Source of the DNA: Mobula hypostoma
Taxonomy: Eukaryota
DNA length: 64,000 nt
Reading direction: 5' to 3'
Assembly (NCBI RefSeq): GCF_963921235.1
Contig: NC_086125.1
Span: 7,874,001 to 7,938,000 of the forward strand
In this document: in pieces, positions 36,901 to 49,539 of the stretch
Layout: each line of letters starts with the position of its first letter
How positions within the stretch are numbered: the first letter of the stretch is position 1
The notes under the pieces: model-generated
Database searches by the model: none
What the model saw: only the letters and a program-made list of their open reading frames with translations
Told to the model about the DNA's origin: nothing
Made by a program: the position numbers and the translations under genes

Positions 36901-38468
36901 AAACATCAAGTTGGATAAGTCGCTGGGACTGGATGAGATGTACCCCAGGCTATTGTGGGAGGCAAGGGAGAAGATTGCTGAGCCTCTGGCGATGATGATG
37001 CAAAGATCAATGAGGATGGGAGAAGTTCTGGAGGATTGGAGGGTTGCAGATGTTGTCCCTTTATTCAAGGAAGGGAGTAGAGATAGCCCAGGAAATTATA
37101 GGCCAGTGAGTCTTACCTCAGTGATTGGTATGTTGATGGCGAAGATTCTGAGAGGCAGGATTTATGAACATTTGTGGAGGTATAATATGATTAGGAGTAG
37201 TTAGCATGGCTTTGTCAAGGGCAGGTCATGCCTTATGAGCCTGATTGAATTTTTGAGGGTGTGACTAAACACATTGATGAAGGAAGAGCAGTAGATGTAG
37301 TACATATGGATTTCAGCAAGGCATTTGATAAGGTATCCCATGCAAGGCTTATTGAGAAAGTAAGGAGGCATGGGATCCAAGGTGACGTTGCTTTGTGGAT
37401 CCAGAACTGGCTTGCCTACAGAAGGCAAAGAGTGGTTGTAGACGGGTGACATTCTGCATGGAGGTCAGTGACCAGTGGTGTGCCTCAGGGATCTGTTCTG
37501 GGACCCTTACTCTTCGTGATTTTTATAACTGACCTGGATGAGGAAGTGGAGGGATGGGTTAGTAAGTTTACTGATGACACAAAGGTTGGGGGTGTTGTGG
37601 ATAGTGTGGAGGGCTGTCAGAGGTTACAGTGGGACATTGATTGGATGGAAAACTGGGCTGAGAAGTGGCAGATGGATTTCAACCCAGATAAGTGTGAAGT
37701 GGTTCATTTTGGTAGGTCGAATATGATGGCAGAATATAGTATTAATGGTAAGACTCTTGGCAGTGTGGAGGATCAGAGGGATCTTGAGGTCCGAGTCCAT
37801 AGGGCTCTCAAAGCAGCTGCGCAGGTTGACTCTGTGGTTAAGAAGGCATAGGGTGTATTGGCCTTCATCAATTGTGGAATTTAGGAGCCGAGAGGTAATG
37901 TTGCAGCTATATAGGACCCTGGTCAGATCACACTTGGAGTACTGTGCTCAGTTCTGGTCGCCTCACTACAGGAAGGATGTGGAAGCCATAGAAAGGGTGC
38001 AATGGAGATTTACAAGGATGTTGCCTGGATTGGGGAGCATGCCTTATGAGAATAGGTTGAGTGAATTTGACCTTTTCTCCTTGGAGTGACAGAGGATGAG
38101 AGGTGACCTGATAGAGGTGTATAAGATGATGAGAGGCATTGATCCTGTGGATAGTCAGAGGCTTTTTCCCAGGGCTGAAATGGTTGCCACAAGAAGACAC
38201 AGGTTTAAGGTGCTGGGGAGTAGGTACAGAGGAGATGTCAGGGGTAAGTTTTTTACTCAGAGAGCGGTGAGTGCGTGGAATGGGCTGCCGGCAATGGTGG
38301 TGGAGGCTGATGAGATAGGGTCTTTTAAGAGACTTTTAGATGGGTACATAGAGCTTAGAAATTACTCGGCTTACCTATAGCTCTCTATTTTTCTAAGGTA
38401 GGGACATGTTCGGCACAACTTTGTGGGCCTAAGGGCCTTTATTGTGCTGTAGGGTTTCTATGTTTCTT
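33960..38468 (+). mobile_element. Near full-length CR1, decayed
   Basis: Esterase ORF1 at 34745-35281 (VHIGTND, DGLHLN). APE and RT pieces at 35282-38380 (YFNARS, GVPQGSVLGPLLF, FTDDTK). CTATGTTTCT tail at the end. Confidence 0.9.
36518..36807 (+). mobile_element. Rex/Babar-type 3' fragment inserted into the CR1 ORF2
   Basis: NSFFPTVIRLLN-like remnant, AATAAA and a (GTAAA)-like tail. The CR1 reads TTCACTATGGA|..|AAAGGAT across the insert, as in the uninterrupted copy near 52490. Confidence 0.75.
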
Positions 38469-40945
38469 GTGCTCCTGATTTAAATTCTCATTCAGAAATC
38501 GGGTGGTGGAGGGGAAGAAGCTGTTAGTGAATTGTTGAGTGTGTGCCTTCAGGCTTCTGTACCTCTTTCCTGATGGTAGCAACGAGAAGGGAGCATGTGA
38601 TGGGTTTCGTTACTGATGGATGCCGCCTTTTTGAGCGGTTGCTGCTTAAAACTGTTCTGTATGCTGGGGGCGCTTTTGCCCACGACGGCGCTGATCGAGT
38701 TCGCAGCTTTCTACAGCTTCTTTTGACAGCTTTCTCCATGACACGTTTTGTCCTTAACTTTCCAATGTAACTGTCAACTCCAACCTCCACAACCTCTCTA
38801 GCAAAACCAGGCGGAGGGTTTAAATCTGCCTCCAGTTGGCCGAGAAGGAACAGGAAACTCTACTGTTGGTCGGGGGAGGCGGTTTGTAATTACGTGGCCC
38901 GACCACAGTAGTTATTTCAGATGCAGAATTGGAAGTTTTTAAATGTGGATTCTAACTTCCTAAGATTTATTCCACAACAAATGCCTGGATTAAACTTATA
39001 AATCAGTGTACACATACTCAGATGAATATAAAAGAATGATGCCTGCCCACCAGTGGTGTTGCCTTCGTAGGCACAGTGTGTTTGCTCCCACTAGCCCAGG
39101 GATTACTTTAGGACACCCCAAACTGCCCCTCCAGTTTTTTGGGGGGCTGTTGTGCTGTCCACAAACCAATGTAATGCCATGAGTGAAAATAAATGAACTG
39201 TTTGAAATGTCTGTGTCCAGAATCCTTACTTTTATCTATCATAAACCAGTGCAGCACGTTAACTGAGGGGATTATTTTGATTAGCCAAACTAGCTATTGT
39301 CTGACTGGTGGGGTGCGTAAGTGGTGAACTCCCAAAAACTGCAGAGCGGGAGGGCAAAGTTTGTGAACTACTGGGGAAACGAGACCTGGGACGGAACGAG
39401 GAAGAGTGACTAACCGGGCAACGGGGCGAGGTTAGTGGGAGAATTAGCATTGCCAGCCAGTTTTGTCACAGCGCCATACCAAATTTCCTCAGACTCCGAA
39501 TGAAATCAAGCCACTGTCCTGCCTTCTTTGTAACTGCATGGATATGTCAGGCCCAGGATATATTCTCTGCAAAGTTGACACTCAGGAACTTGAAAGTGCC
39601 CAATGCGGTTGTTTTGGCAATAACTGGAGTTGACAACCATAAAGAAACCGTTAAAGGAAGCTCCCAAACATCGGGCTCTGAAAGCCAGGTTTGAAATATA
39701 ACACAAGATCACAGGTTAAAAATTGCAAAAGCAATAGACGCATGCAAGAAGTAAAATTTGTCAAAAGATTTTTATCGCACACAGTAGCATGTTTGAAGGT
39801 AACTTTGAAATTTGCTGCGAATGATTAAAGATTAAATTGGTCATACAATTATGAAACTTCATGCAAGAGGGAAGAAGCAGTAGGTGGTGAAGGACAATGA
39901 GAGGAGCACAGGATCGATACAAGTGGGTGAGCGATGGTCAGCACGGGCAGGTGGCCAAAGTTTCTGTTTCTTTACTGTATCAATCTGAAACTCTGATTAG
40001 GAAGAAGGAGCAGGAAATGAAAGCGCTTGGGACAGAGTACAAGCAAAGATACGGCGGGGAGGGGGGTGGGTAGAGACGGTAAAAAAGATGAGAGATAATA
40101 GAACAGAGAGTGAGAGGAAGGGGATAGGGAAGGGTGAAGGGAGAAACTGAGGTGTCAGGAAAGAGGAGAAGGAGTGAGCATAGAGAGACCAAGCAAGCTG
40201 CAGAGATGAGGCATGAATGGAAGCCAGGCAGGAGAATAGAAGACCTAAGGGGGAGGATAAGGAGAAGAGAGGGAGAAGGATTTGAGGAGGAGGAATGGGG
40301 AAGAATAACATGAGAATCTTGACATTGCAGAGGGGCACACGATTCTCCATTCTGGGGGTGCTCAGGCCATCAGTGGATGGAATATAGAATAATAAAGCAC
40401 AGGGACTGGCCCTTCAGTCCATAACATGTGTCGATGATGAAGCCAAGTTAAACGAAACCAATCTGCCTGTAAGTGATCAATAATGCCTTCATTCCCTGCA
40501 TGGTCACAGTGTGATCAATCACTAAAATACAACTGATCCTACCAACACCCTGCAGCCCTTTTGTGCCTACCACTCTGTTAAATACTCACCCGCACACCAC
40601 CTTTAAACTTTTTAACTGTTCGTCTTGATGCTACGTTCTTTAGCACCTGATATTGCTCCCCGACGAAAATGACTGACTATCTACCCTGTCTCGGCCTCTC
40701 ATAATCCGATAAACCTGCATTACCGGCATGCATTACTAAATGACATTAAAAGAGGACTGCGTGTCCTCATAATCTAATCTAAACCTCTATCAGGCCTCCC
40801 CTCAGGGTCTCACTCAGAGGGAAGAATTCCTCTGATGTCCTCAGCTCAATCCTGTGCAATATTCAGGGATCGGTGGGCGACACTGTGTCCCTTTATTCCT
40901 GTATTTCTTTTACTGTGTATTCCTTTGCTTTATTTCCCCCCTGAA

Positions 40946-41032
40946 AGACAGACAGACACAGACACACACACACACACACACACACACACCAACACACACC
41001 ACACACACACACACACACCACACACCACACAC
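40946..41032. repeat. Compound (GACA)/(CA)n microsatellite
   Basis: Seen directly in the sequence. Confidence 0.95.
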
Positions 41033-41472
41033 TTCCCCATTCCTATTTCATTTAAGTTCAAGTTTAATTGTCATTCAACCATCCCCATGAATACAGCCAA
41101 ATGAAAGACCATTCCTCCGTGGCCAGGGTGCAAAACACAATGGAAACAGTCACGCACAGCACATATAATTACGATAGCAGGAAAACAGTTAAATATTTTA
41201 AGTAATATTAGAAATATAGATAGCCCAAATCCGAGTGTTGTAGCCCATTGTCTTTTTAAAGACTGAACCTCATGTCTGGAACATTGTTAACTCCTGTAGT
41301 CCTGTGCTTTCTTCCCCACTATCAACGCATATCCAGAATTATTAATTAAACCTTTCTGTTTAAAAAAAAAATTGATATATACCACAAAGATAAAAAAAAA
41401 TAAAATGAAAATAACTAGCAACAGATAACCTCACACATCACTACCCGGCAGTACCAGTGTGATGTCACTCAC

Positions 41473-41748
41473 CATGGACAGCGGGAGTGGTGGACTGTCG
41501 TTTAACAATGGTGTTGGAGCGATGGTGAAGTGTCAGCTCGGCCTCACAGGTGAACTGCTGTCCATTCAGCTCTGCTCGTGGATTCACAGTGTGGTAGATA
41601 GTCAGCCCAGTACTGGCTGACCTGTTCACTAATATCTCACTTCCCTTCTTCAGTCTGAGTTGAAGTTCCCCTGAGACGTTAAACACACTGCAGGTAATAT
41701 TCACCCGAGTGCCCTCAGTGGTCATTTGGATTTCAGGGTTGGAGAAAA
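41473..41748 (-). CDS. Copy B exon 5 (Ig domain D4)
   Basis: Acceptor ttctgttgttacag|TT and donor CATG|gtgagt; 276 bp. Encodes (V)FSNPEI..VNITCSV..LRLKKGSEIL..NGQQFTCEAELTL..IVKRQSTTPAVH, resembling the ICAM pattern NGRSFSCSATLEV..HKNQT. Confidence 0.88.
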
Positions 41749-42415
41749 CTGTAACAACAGAAAACATTGTTAGAAACTTTCTCAAAGCAAGTCCTGCATT
41801 CCCTCTGCCTGACTGGACTAATGTAGCTAAAGCTACTGTACGGTCAGTCTGGAACATCACATCCACCCGTCTGTGTGTCATGTGGCTGGATAATTATCAA
41901 AATCCCCACACAATTCCCAATATCACAGCTGGCATTCATCCCTGACCCAGAACACTGGACTCCTACCACATGTAGTTTTTTTTAAATTTGTCTCACTGCA
42001 AATTGCTTATTTCTTTGTGAGATGTTTGTTTCTTCATTTTGATTGCACAATTTCAGCTTTCATTACACAGAAAATTCTGACTGATTTACTTACTGTTAAC
42101 AACTTCTCAGGTAAGTATATTCAGGAAACATCATCAACCAAAGATAAAACTGGGAACAGGACCTAGTCACACGGCCCATTGAGACTGCTCCACCACTCTG
42201 TAAGATCATAATTTGTTACAGATCTACAGCTTTATGCTCATCTTCCAATTAAAAGCTAGTCATTTCACTGGGAAATGGCCCCATTGACTGGGGGCGTTTT
42301 GTGTCTCGGGCTACCAGTTTAATCAATGCTGACACAACTGCTTGAGGAAACACCACTGACTAACAACAGGAAACGTAAGTTCTGGTCCTTGTCTGAGTGC
42401 TGTGAACATACTCAC

Positions 42416-42709
42416 CGTAAACCTCAATGGAAATGCTATCGTTCTTCAGTGGAATTGATGGATAATCCTCAAAATCTGCTGTGCAGGAGACTTCAGTCAG
42501 ACCGGTCTCTCGTGGTGTCCATGTAGTTGTTGCCCTGACTGTGGTGGCATCTGACTGATTTGTTACTGAATTCTGTCGTTCACCGCCCCAAAACCATTGT
42601 ACCCTCATCTTCTCAGCTGGATAGACATTTGGCACCTCACATGTTAGTGTGACCTCCTGATTCACTTCTACAGGGTCTCTGCTGAGGATCCTCGGAAGCT
42701 CTGGAAAAG
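42416..42709 (-). CDS. Copy B exon 4 (Ig domain D3)
   Basis: Same splice sites and length (294 bp) as copy A exon 4; 18 nucleotide differences counted. Confidence 0.9.
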
Positions 42710-43845
42710 CTGCAAGACACACAAGAAATTCACTGCAGTTTGGTTTGCAGTGGTAAATACTGACAGATGGAGCTGGAGACTGGCCGGGTCACACACCCTG
42801 GGAGGCTATTACACCTAATCCATCACTTAAATGTCATATACTTCATTCTTGAGAGACTTCTCTTCCCCTAATTTCAAGTTTCTCACTCTGCCTTCTGCTC
42901 CAGCTGCAAGCAGTCGTCCTTATGATCTCGTGCAGTCATTAATTGAACTCAATGTAACCTTAACTTGAACCTTGTTTTAACATCCCAGTTGAGTATCAGC
43001 TTCAGTTTGGTGATTAGAGGAATAAATTTAGCAGGTTATTTTGTTGATCCTGTATCAAGGTGTGTTCTTTGACCAGAACCTCTACTGACTAGCAAGGTGT
43101 GGAATGGGAGTGAATGCAATTCCATCAGACACCCCTTCACTGTTGGGGGCATTCAGCCGCCATCTAGGCAGAAGACAGGATACTGGAAAACAACCAACCG
43201 CAGTGGCTGCACTGAGTATCAACTAATCTCATATCTACAGGGGCTTCCAGCACCTCCTGTAGGAGGGTTTGCCATATGGGCATCGTGCTGTCTTGCCACT
43301 GCACGGCCAAGCACCACTAACTGACTGACTCACACATCCTCTTACATCTGTCATGATGTTGACAGACTTCCCTTCAAATGGACCCACTCTGCCTTCTCCC
43401 ACTACACTGACAGTGGGTGTCAGGCCAGGGCCTCTGCTGACAGGCTGAAATCAAGTGAAACTAATTCTTAATCTGGAGTTCAGACTGTAACTATTTGCGT
43501 TGAAGGCCCCCCAAATGTTTTTTAAAAAAGCGGACAATTTATTCCTGCCCAGGGGTCTCGCCCTGAAACATCAACTGTACTTTTTTTCATAGATGCTGCC
43601 TGGCCTGCTGAGTTCATTCAGCATTTTGTGTGTGTTGCTTGGATACCTTGCACCTGCAGATTTTCTCTTGTAGACAATTTACATTTACACTCCGTTAGTT
43701 AAACATCTTGGACAGCTGCATAAATGCCCAGCTTCTCATTTCCCCAGATACAATGTGAAAATTATCAGAACATAGCATCTTTCAACGAGATATTTCCATT
43801 CAAGCTATTCCCAAAGCAGCAGCAAATTGTTAAAGTGGAACTTAC

Positions 43846-44157
43846 AGTAAGTCCGCAGAGTCACAGAGGCATTTGTGACAGGTTTTCTGGCATTGGAGTG
43901 CAAGATCAACTCTGCCAAGCAGGTGTACACCAGTCCATCATCTGAAATATTTGGATTGAAATGAAGGACGTTCTTCAATGTATCATCTTCGGGGAAACCT
44001 GGTTCCTCTGTGGAAATATTTGCTATAGTCTCACTCCCTCTGAGCCAGGTGAGTACGAGTTTGTTCTTTGGATAGACCTTCGGGCCAATGCATTCCAGCT
44101 GATATGGTTTGTTAACTTCCAGAACTTTAGGAGGTGGAACAACGCTTATCTCTCGAT
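43846..44157 (-). CDS. Copy B exon 3 (Ig domain D2); missing from the ORF track
   Basis: Acceptor tctcctttaacag|AT and donor TACT|gtaagt; 312 bp, open frame. Encodes (N)REISVVPPPKVLEVNKPYQLECIGPKVYPKNKLVLTWLRGSETI..DDGLVYTCLAEL..TLRTY. Confidence 0.9.
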
Positions 44158-44257
44158 CTGTTAAAGGAGAATCATGATTGACGGTAGAGATTGGAACATT
44201 CCAAATCTAAAGTTAACCCAACAACCAGTGTGCTTGTGGATCTTCCTACCCTATGAC

Positions 44258-45788
44258 TGTCAAGGTCCGGTCCGTGAAGTCTGCATTTCTGTTCACAGTC
44301 CGGTCCGTGGACTCCAGACTCCGGGTCTTCTGGCTATCCTTTGTTTCAGTTGGGTTCAATCGTAGGCTCCTGATGCTCATCTTGGAGCTGGGAATATAAG
44401 TGGCCCTGGGTTTGAGTGTGGTTGCAGGTTTGTCTTGTCAGTATCCCTTCCTTGCCTCTGTGGGGTAAGTCAGGCTATCTTTGCTGTTACACTGTGGTTG
44501 GATCTGTCCCTTCCTGTCCTTGCCTCTGTTGGGTAAGCCAGGCTGTCTTTGCTGTTACCCTGAGGCTCGACTGTTCCCTTACTTTCCCCTTCCTTCTGAA
44601 GCCTTGCCTGCAACCTTGTCAATTCAACCACCGGAACGAGACTGGAGCCTTGCTGTGTCAAGATAAGGAACTATCTATCGTTGAGTTGGAACTGTCTCTG
44701 TGTCCATGCCTTCGCTAGGTAGGTCTGGCTGTTTGCCGCTACCTAGTGTTGGGAACCATCTCTGTGTCCATGCCTTCACTAGGTAGGTCTGGCTGTTTGC
44801 CACTACCCAGTGTTAGGAACTGTTTCTGTCTCCACACCTTCACTAGGTAGGTCTGACCATTTGCCGCTAGCTAGTGTTGGGAACCGTCTCTGTGTCCACA
44901 CCTTCACTAGGTAGGTCTGGCTGTTTGCCACTACCTAGTGTTAGGAACTGTTTCTGTGTCCACATCTTCACTAGGTAGGTCTGGCTGTTTGCCGCTACCT
45001 AGTGTTGGGAGCCTTCTTCTCATGAGCGTTCCGTGTATGAGTCCCGGCCCTACGTCCTGTTCCCATGGAGGGGTCATGGCTCTGTTCCATGTTCCTGTCT
45101 CTCAAGTCCAAGGCTCTGTGTTCCCGTGCTCGAGACCAAGGCTCTGTGTTCCTGTCCTCCCCAAAACCAAGGCTCTGTGTTCTGCGTTCCTGATGTCCCA
45201 AGTCCAAAGTTCCAAGGTTCCTGTCATCTCAAGTCCAAGGCTCGGCTGTTCCTGAGTATCAAGTCAAGGCTTCGTGTTCTCGTGCTGTCCATGTCCCTCG
45301 TCCTGTGCTGGAGTTCCCTTGTCCTGTGCTGGAGTTCCCCCGTCCTGCCCAGGAGTCTCTTGTTCTGTCCTGTAGCCTCGTCTAGTCCTGTCTCCCAAGA
45401 CCACATCATGTCTTCACCAAGTTCCGGAGTCCGAGCCCGAGTCAGGACCCAGGTTATGGGTCCTTGTCCAGACTCTGGCTCGGAGTCCGAACCCAAGCCT
45501 CGTCATGTCCTCACCTCAAAGTACCCAAGCCATGTCATGTTCTCGCCTAGTTCTGGGGTCTGAGCCTGAGTCAAGACCCAGGTTCTGGGTCCTCATCCAG
45601 TCTCCAGCTTGAAGTCCAAGCCCAGGCTCCTAGTTCCCAGTTCTTTGTCCTGGTCCCACTTACCTAGCCAATGTCCTAGCCCAAGTCTGTTTTCTTGTCC
45701 CAGCTCTCTAGTCAAGTACTGTTCCTAGTACTTCAGTGTCTGTGCCTTGCATTTGGGTCCTCCCAGCACCCCCCTTATGTCAATGACA
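44258..45788 (+). mobile_element. Solo LTR-like element (1.5 kb) in copy B intron 2, containing five 64-bp tandem units (44689-45008)
   Basis: TGTCA..TGACA termini, same family motifs as 20506-22103, and absent at the orthologous position of copy A. Confidence 0.72.
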
Positions 45789-45897
45789 GTCTCAGTTTCT
45801 GTGGAACATTTTCAAGTGATACATAATTTAATGTTTCTGCCTTTCATCCTGTTATACTCTGCTATGGGACGTATTTAGAACAAGAGATGTCACTTAC

Positions 45898-46173
45898 TGT
45901 ACACTGGAACCACTCGTTTGCTCTCCTTCACTTCCTTTTCTGCAGATAGACAGATTACAGTACACGGCACTGTCAGATCCCATCTCTGGACACTTGGAAA
46001 TTGGTCTGTAATCCACTTATCACCATTAGTTCTGATGGGGTTTACCCCTGGTTTATATTCCAGAGTTATCAATGGATTGTTACATGTGGTACTGCAGTTC
46101 ACCTCCAGGGAGTGTCCAAATTCCACCACTGGAGAGTTTGTTTTGACCGAAACCTCAAATCCATTCAGTTTAC
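45898..46173 (-). CDS. Copy B exon 2 (Ig domain D1, ICAM-type)
   Basis: Acceptor tctctggcag|GT and donor TACA|gtaagt; 276 bp. FEVSV..VEFGHSLEVNCSTTCNNP..LEY closely resembles human ICAM-2 D1 FEVHV..VEPKGSLEVNCSTTCNQP..LET (recalled from memory). Confidence 0.92.
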
Positions 46174-47169
46174 CTGCCAGAGACACACAGGGAAATGGAA
46201 TCTGTTCAGTGAAGTGTTGTGTGCAGTTCAATCTCAGCTGAGAATGGATATACTTACCATTCAGACAGTAAGGGGACGGTTCACCAGACTGATTCCAGGG
46301 GTGGCGGGACTGGCACATGAAGAGAGATTGAGACAACTATGCCCATGTACATTGAGGTTTGGAAGAATTAGAGAAAATTGAATCAAATGCATAATGTTTT
46401 AACAGATCTCGAGAGGTTGGATGCAGGATGTACGTTTTCCCCAGCTGATGAGTGTAAACAAGGGATTGCAATTTCAGGGTGCAGGGATTGAGCTGTGGAG
46501 AAAAATCTTCATTCACATGTAGCGAAGACCAAATTACTAAACACATGTGAAAAGGAAGACAGACTTTGAGACACCAGTGGCATTTACGTAGAAAACATGG
46601 GCACCGCTTGTGTGCACAGTTTGAACAAACTTCATTACTGTCTGTTCCACACAAAATAAATGTTTGGTTCAATGGTTCCGTTTAATATCAGATAATGCAT
46701 ATAGTGTACAACCTGAAGTTCTTGCTCTTCACACACATCCACGAAACAGAAGGAAAAACCCAAAGAATGAATGACAGAAAACATTCTAACCCTAAAGAGC
46801 CTCCTCCTCCCATGAACAAGCAGCAAAATCATCAGCCATCCCTCTGAGTCCACTTTCCCCAGCAAAAGCATAAGCACCCCCCATTCCACCACCCACCATG
46901 CAAGCAAAACCCCCAGAGACCAAGATCTAGAGTCCATCAAAAACTACTGTCCATCCCAACACAGTGACATCTCAGACAGGATGATTTTGGTAGTATAATT
47001 TTGGCCCTTGCACATTCTAACTGAAGGGATATTTTCAGTCAAAAAAATTAGATACTACTCCATTCTAAAATGGGTGGATCTGATGTCAAACAGTGTTATG
47101 GTCGATTACCGAATTCTGCAAAAGTTTTGCCTCGAGATAATTAAGGTCTGTCTTGTCAAGGATCATTCA

Positions 47170-47600
47170 GCAGAAATGATCAGATTTAGATTTAATATCA
47201 GCATCATATGTTGTGAGATTTGTTAACTGTGCGGCAGCAGCACAATCAAATACATGATAAATGTAGAAAACAACTATATTACAGTAAAGGTATATGGTTA
47301 TTAAATAGTTAAATTAAAATAAGTGCAAAATCAGAAATAATAATAATTTGTAAGGTAGTTCTCATGGGTCAATGTCCATTTAGAAATCGGATGGCGGAAG
47401 GGAAGAAGCTGTTCCTGAATCGCTGAGTGTGTGCCTTCAGGCTCCTGTACCTCCTTCCTGATGCTAACAATGAGAAGAGGGCATGCCCTGGGTGATGTGT
47501 CTGCTTAATGCTGGACGCTACCTTTCTGAAGCACCAGTCCTTGAAGATTTCTTGTATACTATGGAGCCTACTACCCACGATGGAGCTGACTAACTTTACA
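47170..47600 (-). mobile_element. Rex/Babar 3' fragment
   Basis: HHPGHALFSLLASGRRYRSLKAHTQRFRNSFFPSAIRFLNG in ORF 47369-47647. Confidence 0.8.
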
Positions 47601-47689
47601 ATATTTATTAATGATAAATTTCTGCAGTTTTCATAAAGTGAAGCCAAAAAATGAGATAGGAAGCCGGCAACTGCCCATCTTATAAAACA

Positions 47690-48530
47690 CAGTGGCGGTG
47701 GAAAGTTTGTGAACCCTGTAGAATTGTCTTTACTTCTGCATGAATATGACCTAAAATATGATCAGATCTTTATGCAAATCATAAACTCGATAAATAGAAC
47801 CCAATTAAATAAGAAACACCAAAAACATTCTACTTGTTTATTTATATATTGAGAAAAATGACCCAATATTACATGTATTTGCTGGGAAAAATATGTGAAC
47901 CTCTGGGGCAATGCCTTCTACAAAAACTACGTGTTCATCAGTCGACAGTAAGAGAAATCGTCTGCAAATGGAGGAAACTGTTGCTACTGTCCCTGGGAAT
48001 GGGCGTCCTTTAAAGATCACACCAAGAGCTTGAAGTGCAGGGCTGAAGGAGATGAAAAAGAACCCAAGAGTAACAGCAGAAGATTTGGAGAGATCTCTAG
48101 AACTCGCTAAAGTCTCTGTACATGTGTCCACTATATAAAAAAAGAATGGTGTTCCTGGAAGGACATCACGGAGGAAATTACTGTTCTCCAAAAAAAAGCC
48201 ATTGCTGCATGTCTCAAGTTTGCAAAAGACCACCTGCATGTTTTACAGCACTTCTGGGGCAATGTTCTGTGGACAGATGAGACAAAAGTTGAGCTTTTTG
48301 GCAGAAACTGTTCGGAGGAGAAATGGCACGGCACACCAACACCAAACTCTGATCCGAAATGTGAAACATGGTGAAAGGATCGTCATGGTTTGGGGCTGCT
48401 TTGCTGCATCAGTGCCTGGACAGTTTGCAATCGTTGAGGGAACGATGAATTCAAAATTGTGCCAGGACATTTTACAGGAGAATGTCAGGGTAGCAGTCCG
48501 TCACCTGAAGCTTAATAGAAGTTGGATAAC
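47690..48530 (+). mobile_element. Tc1-like DNA transposon remnant, 3'-truncated
   Basis: TIR-like start CAGTGG..AAAGTTTGTGAACCC. Transposase remnant W..VLWTDETKVELFG and KHG..VMVWGCFAAS.PG..NSK..QDIL; it breaks off before the QQDND motif. Confidence 0.82.
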
Positions 48531-48539
48531 ACAGAGAAC

Positions 48540-49520
48540 AGGAAGGAGCCCAACGAAGCGTGGCGTCTGCGACCTGCTAAGCTTTCGCCCAGCGTAAAAC
48601 AGAGAACGTGAAAAAAGGAACGAGTAACCGTGAAACGGTCTGAAACGCTCCCGGCAAGTTATGCAGAATAAAGGGACACTTTCATCAAATGTGGCCGGTT
48701 GAAGATCCGTTCACGAGACGCACTCTAACCGCCTCGCAGAAACATACAGTTGTAAACATTCAGCTTCTCATTCTGCGAGCTCAAACAGATGAATGAACAG
48801 TTATTACGTTTAAAGGTATTTGACCTACCTGTTATGAGGGAAAGTGCTGTGAGAAATAAAACATAACCGCCCGCGGAAATCGGCGTGTAATCCATACTGA
48901 GTGCATGTAAAGGAGGGCGTGATCCGGAGCTGGCGAGGTTCGGGCTCTTGTACTGGTGATCCGCGGCTGTCGATGTCGGTGGGTGGGACCAAACATATCC
49001 GTCCGGCCATCAATCAGCGTCCGTGATGGTGGAACAGAGTTAGTTACTCATGGTCACGAGGTATCCCGGGAGCTCAGGGCGACTTCACTTTGTGGGTGGA
49101 TTCAGAGATTCGAAGTACATTTATTATCGAAGTACTTATGCAGTGTACAACTCTGAGATTCATCGTCCGCGCAGACAGCCACGAAATAAAGAAAACCGTG
49201 GAACCCGTTCAGAGAAAAATATCAACCGCCCCACGAGCAGAATAAAAAAACAAATTGCGCAAATGTAACAAATAAAAGAGCGAAAAATACAGAAACTGAA
49301 ACGCACAATTAAAAGTCCAGGCATATTCAGGTCAGCAGTGTTGGCTATCTGCAGGCTGCCCCAATTCAAAAGCGCCCAAAATAGCAAGAAAAAAAATAGT
49401 AGTGACACGAATCCAGACACACATCATAACGTCAACTACAGAGTCCAGTGTATAAACCGGAACTCCGGCGCCATTCTCCGACTGGATCGAGGGTGAAAGA
49501 GAGAGACCGCCACACGCCAA
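48540..49520. promoter_or_regulatory. CpG-rich region around copy B exon 1 and promoter
   Basis: Visibly high CpG density, and it contains the copy B start codon. Confidence 0.5.
48829..48895 (-). CDS. Copy B exon 1 (signal peptide MDYTPISAGGYVLFLTALSLIT)
   Basis: ATG at 48895, 67 bp, donor ACAG|gtaggt, in frame with D1; 47/67 nt identical to copy A exon 1. Confidence 0.82.
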
Positions 49521-49539
49521 CAATTTCCTCGGGCGGCAA

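Noticed and set aside
40835-41104. His/Thr-rich ORFs
   Set aside because: These are translations of the CA microsatellite.
12477-48895. Assigning a gene symbol such as ICAM1, ICAM2 or VCAM1
   Set aside because: Family membership is clear, but one-to-one orthology cannot be established without phylogeny and synteny.
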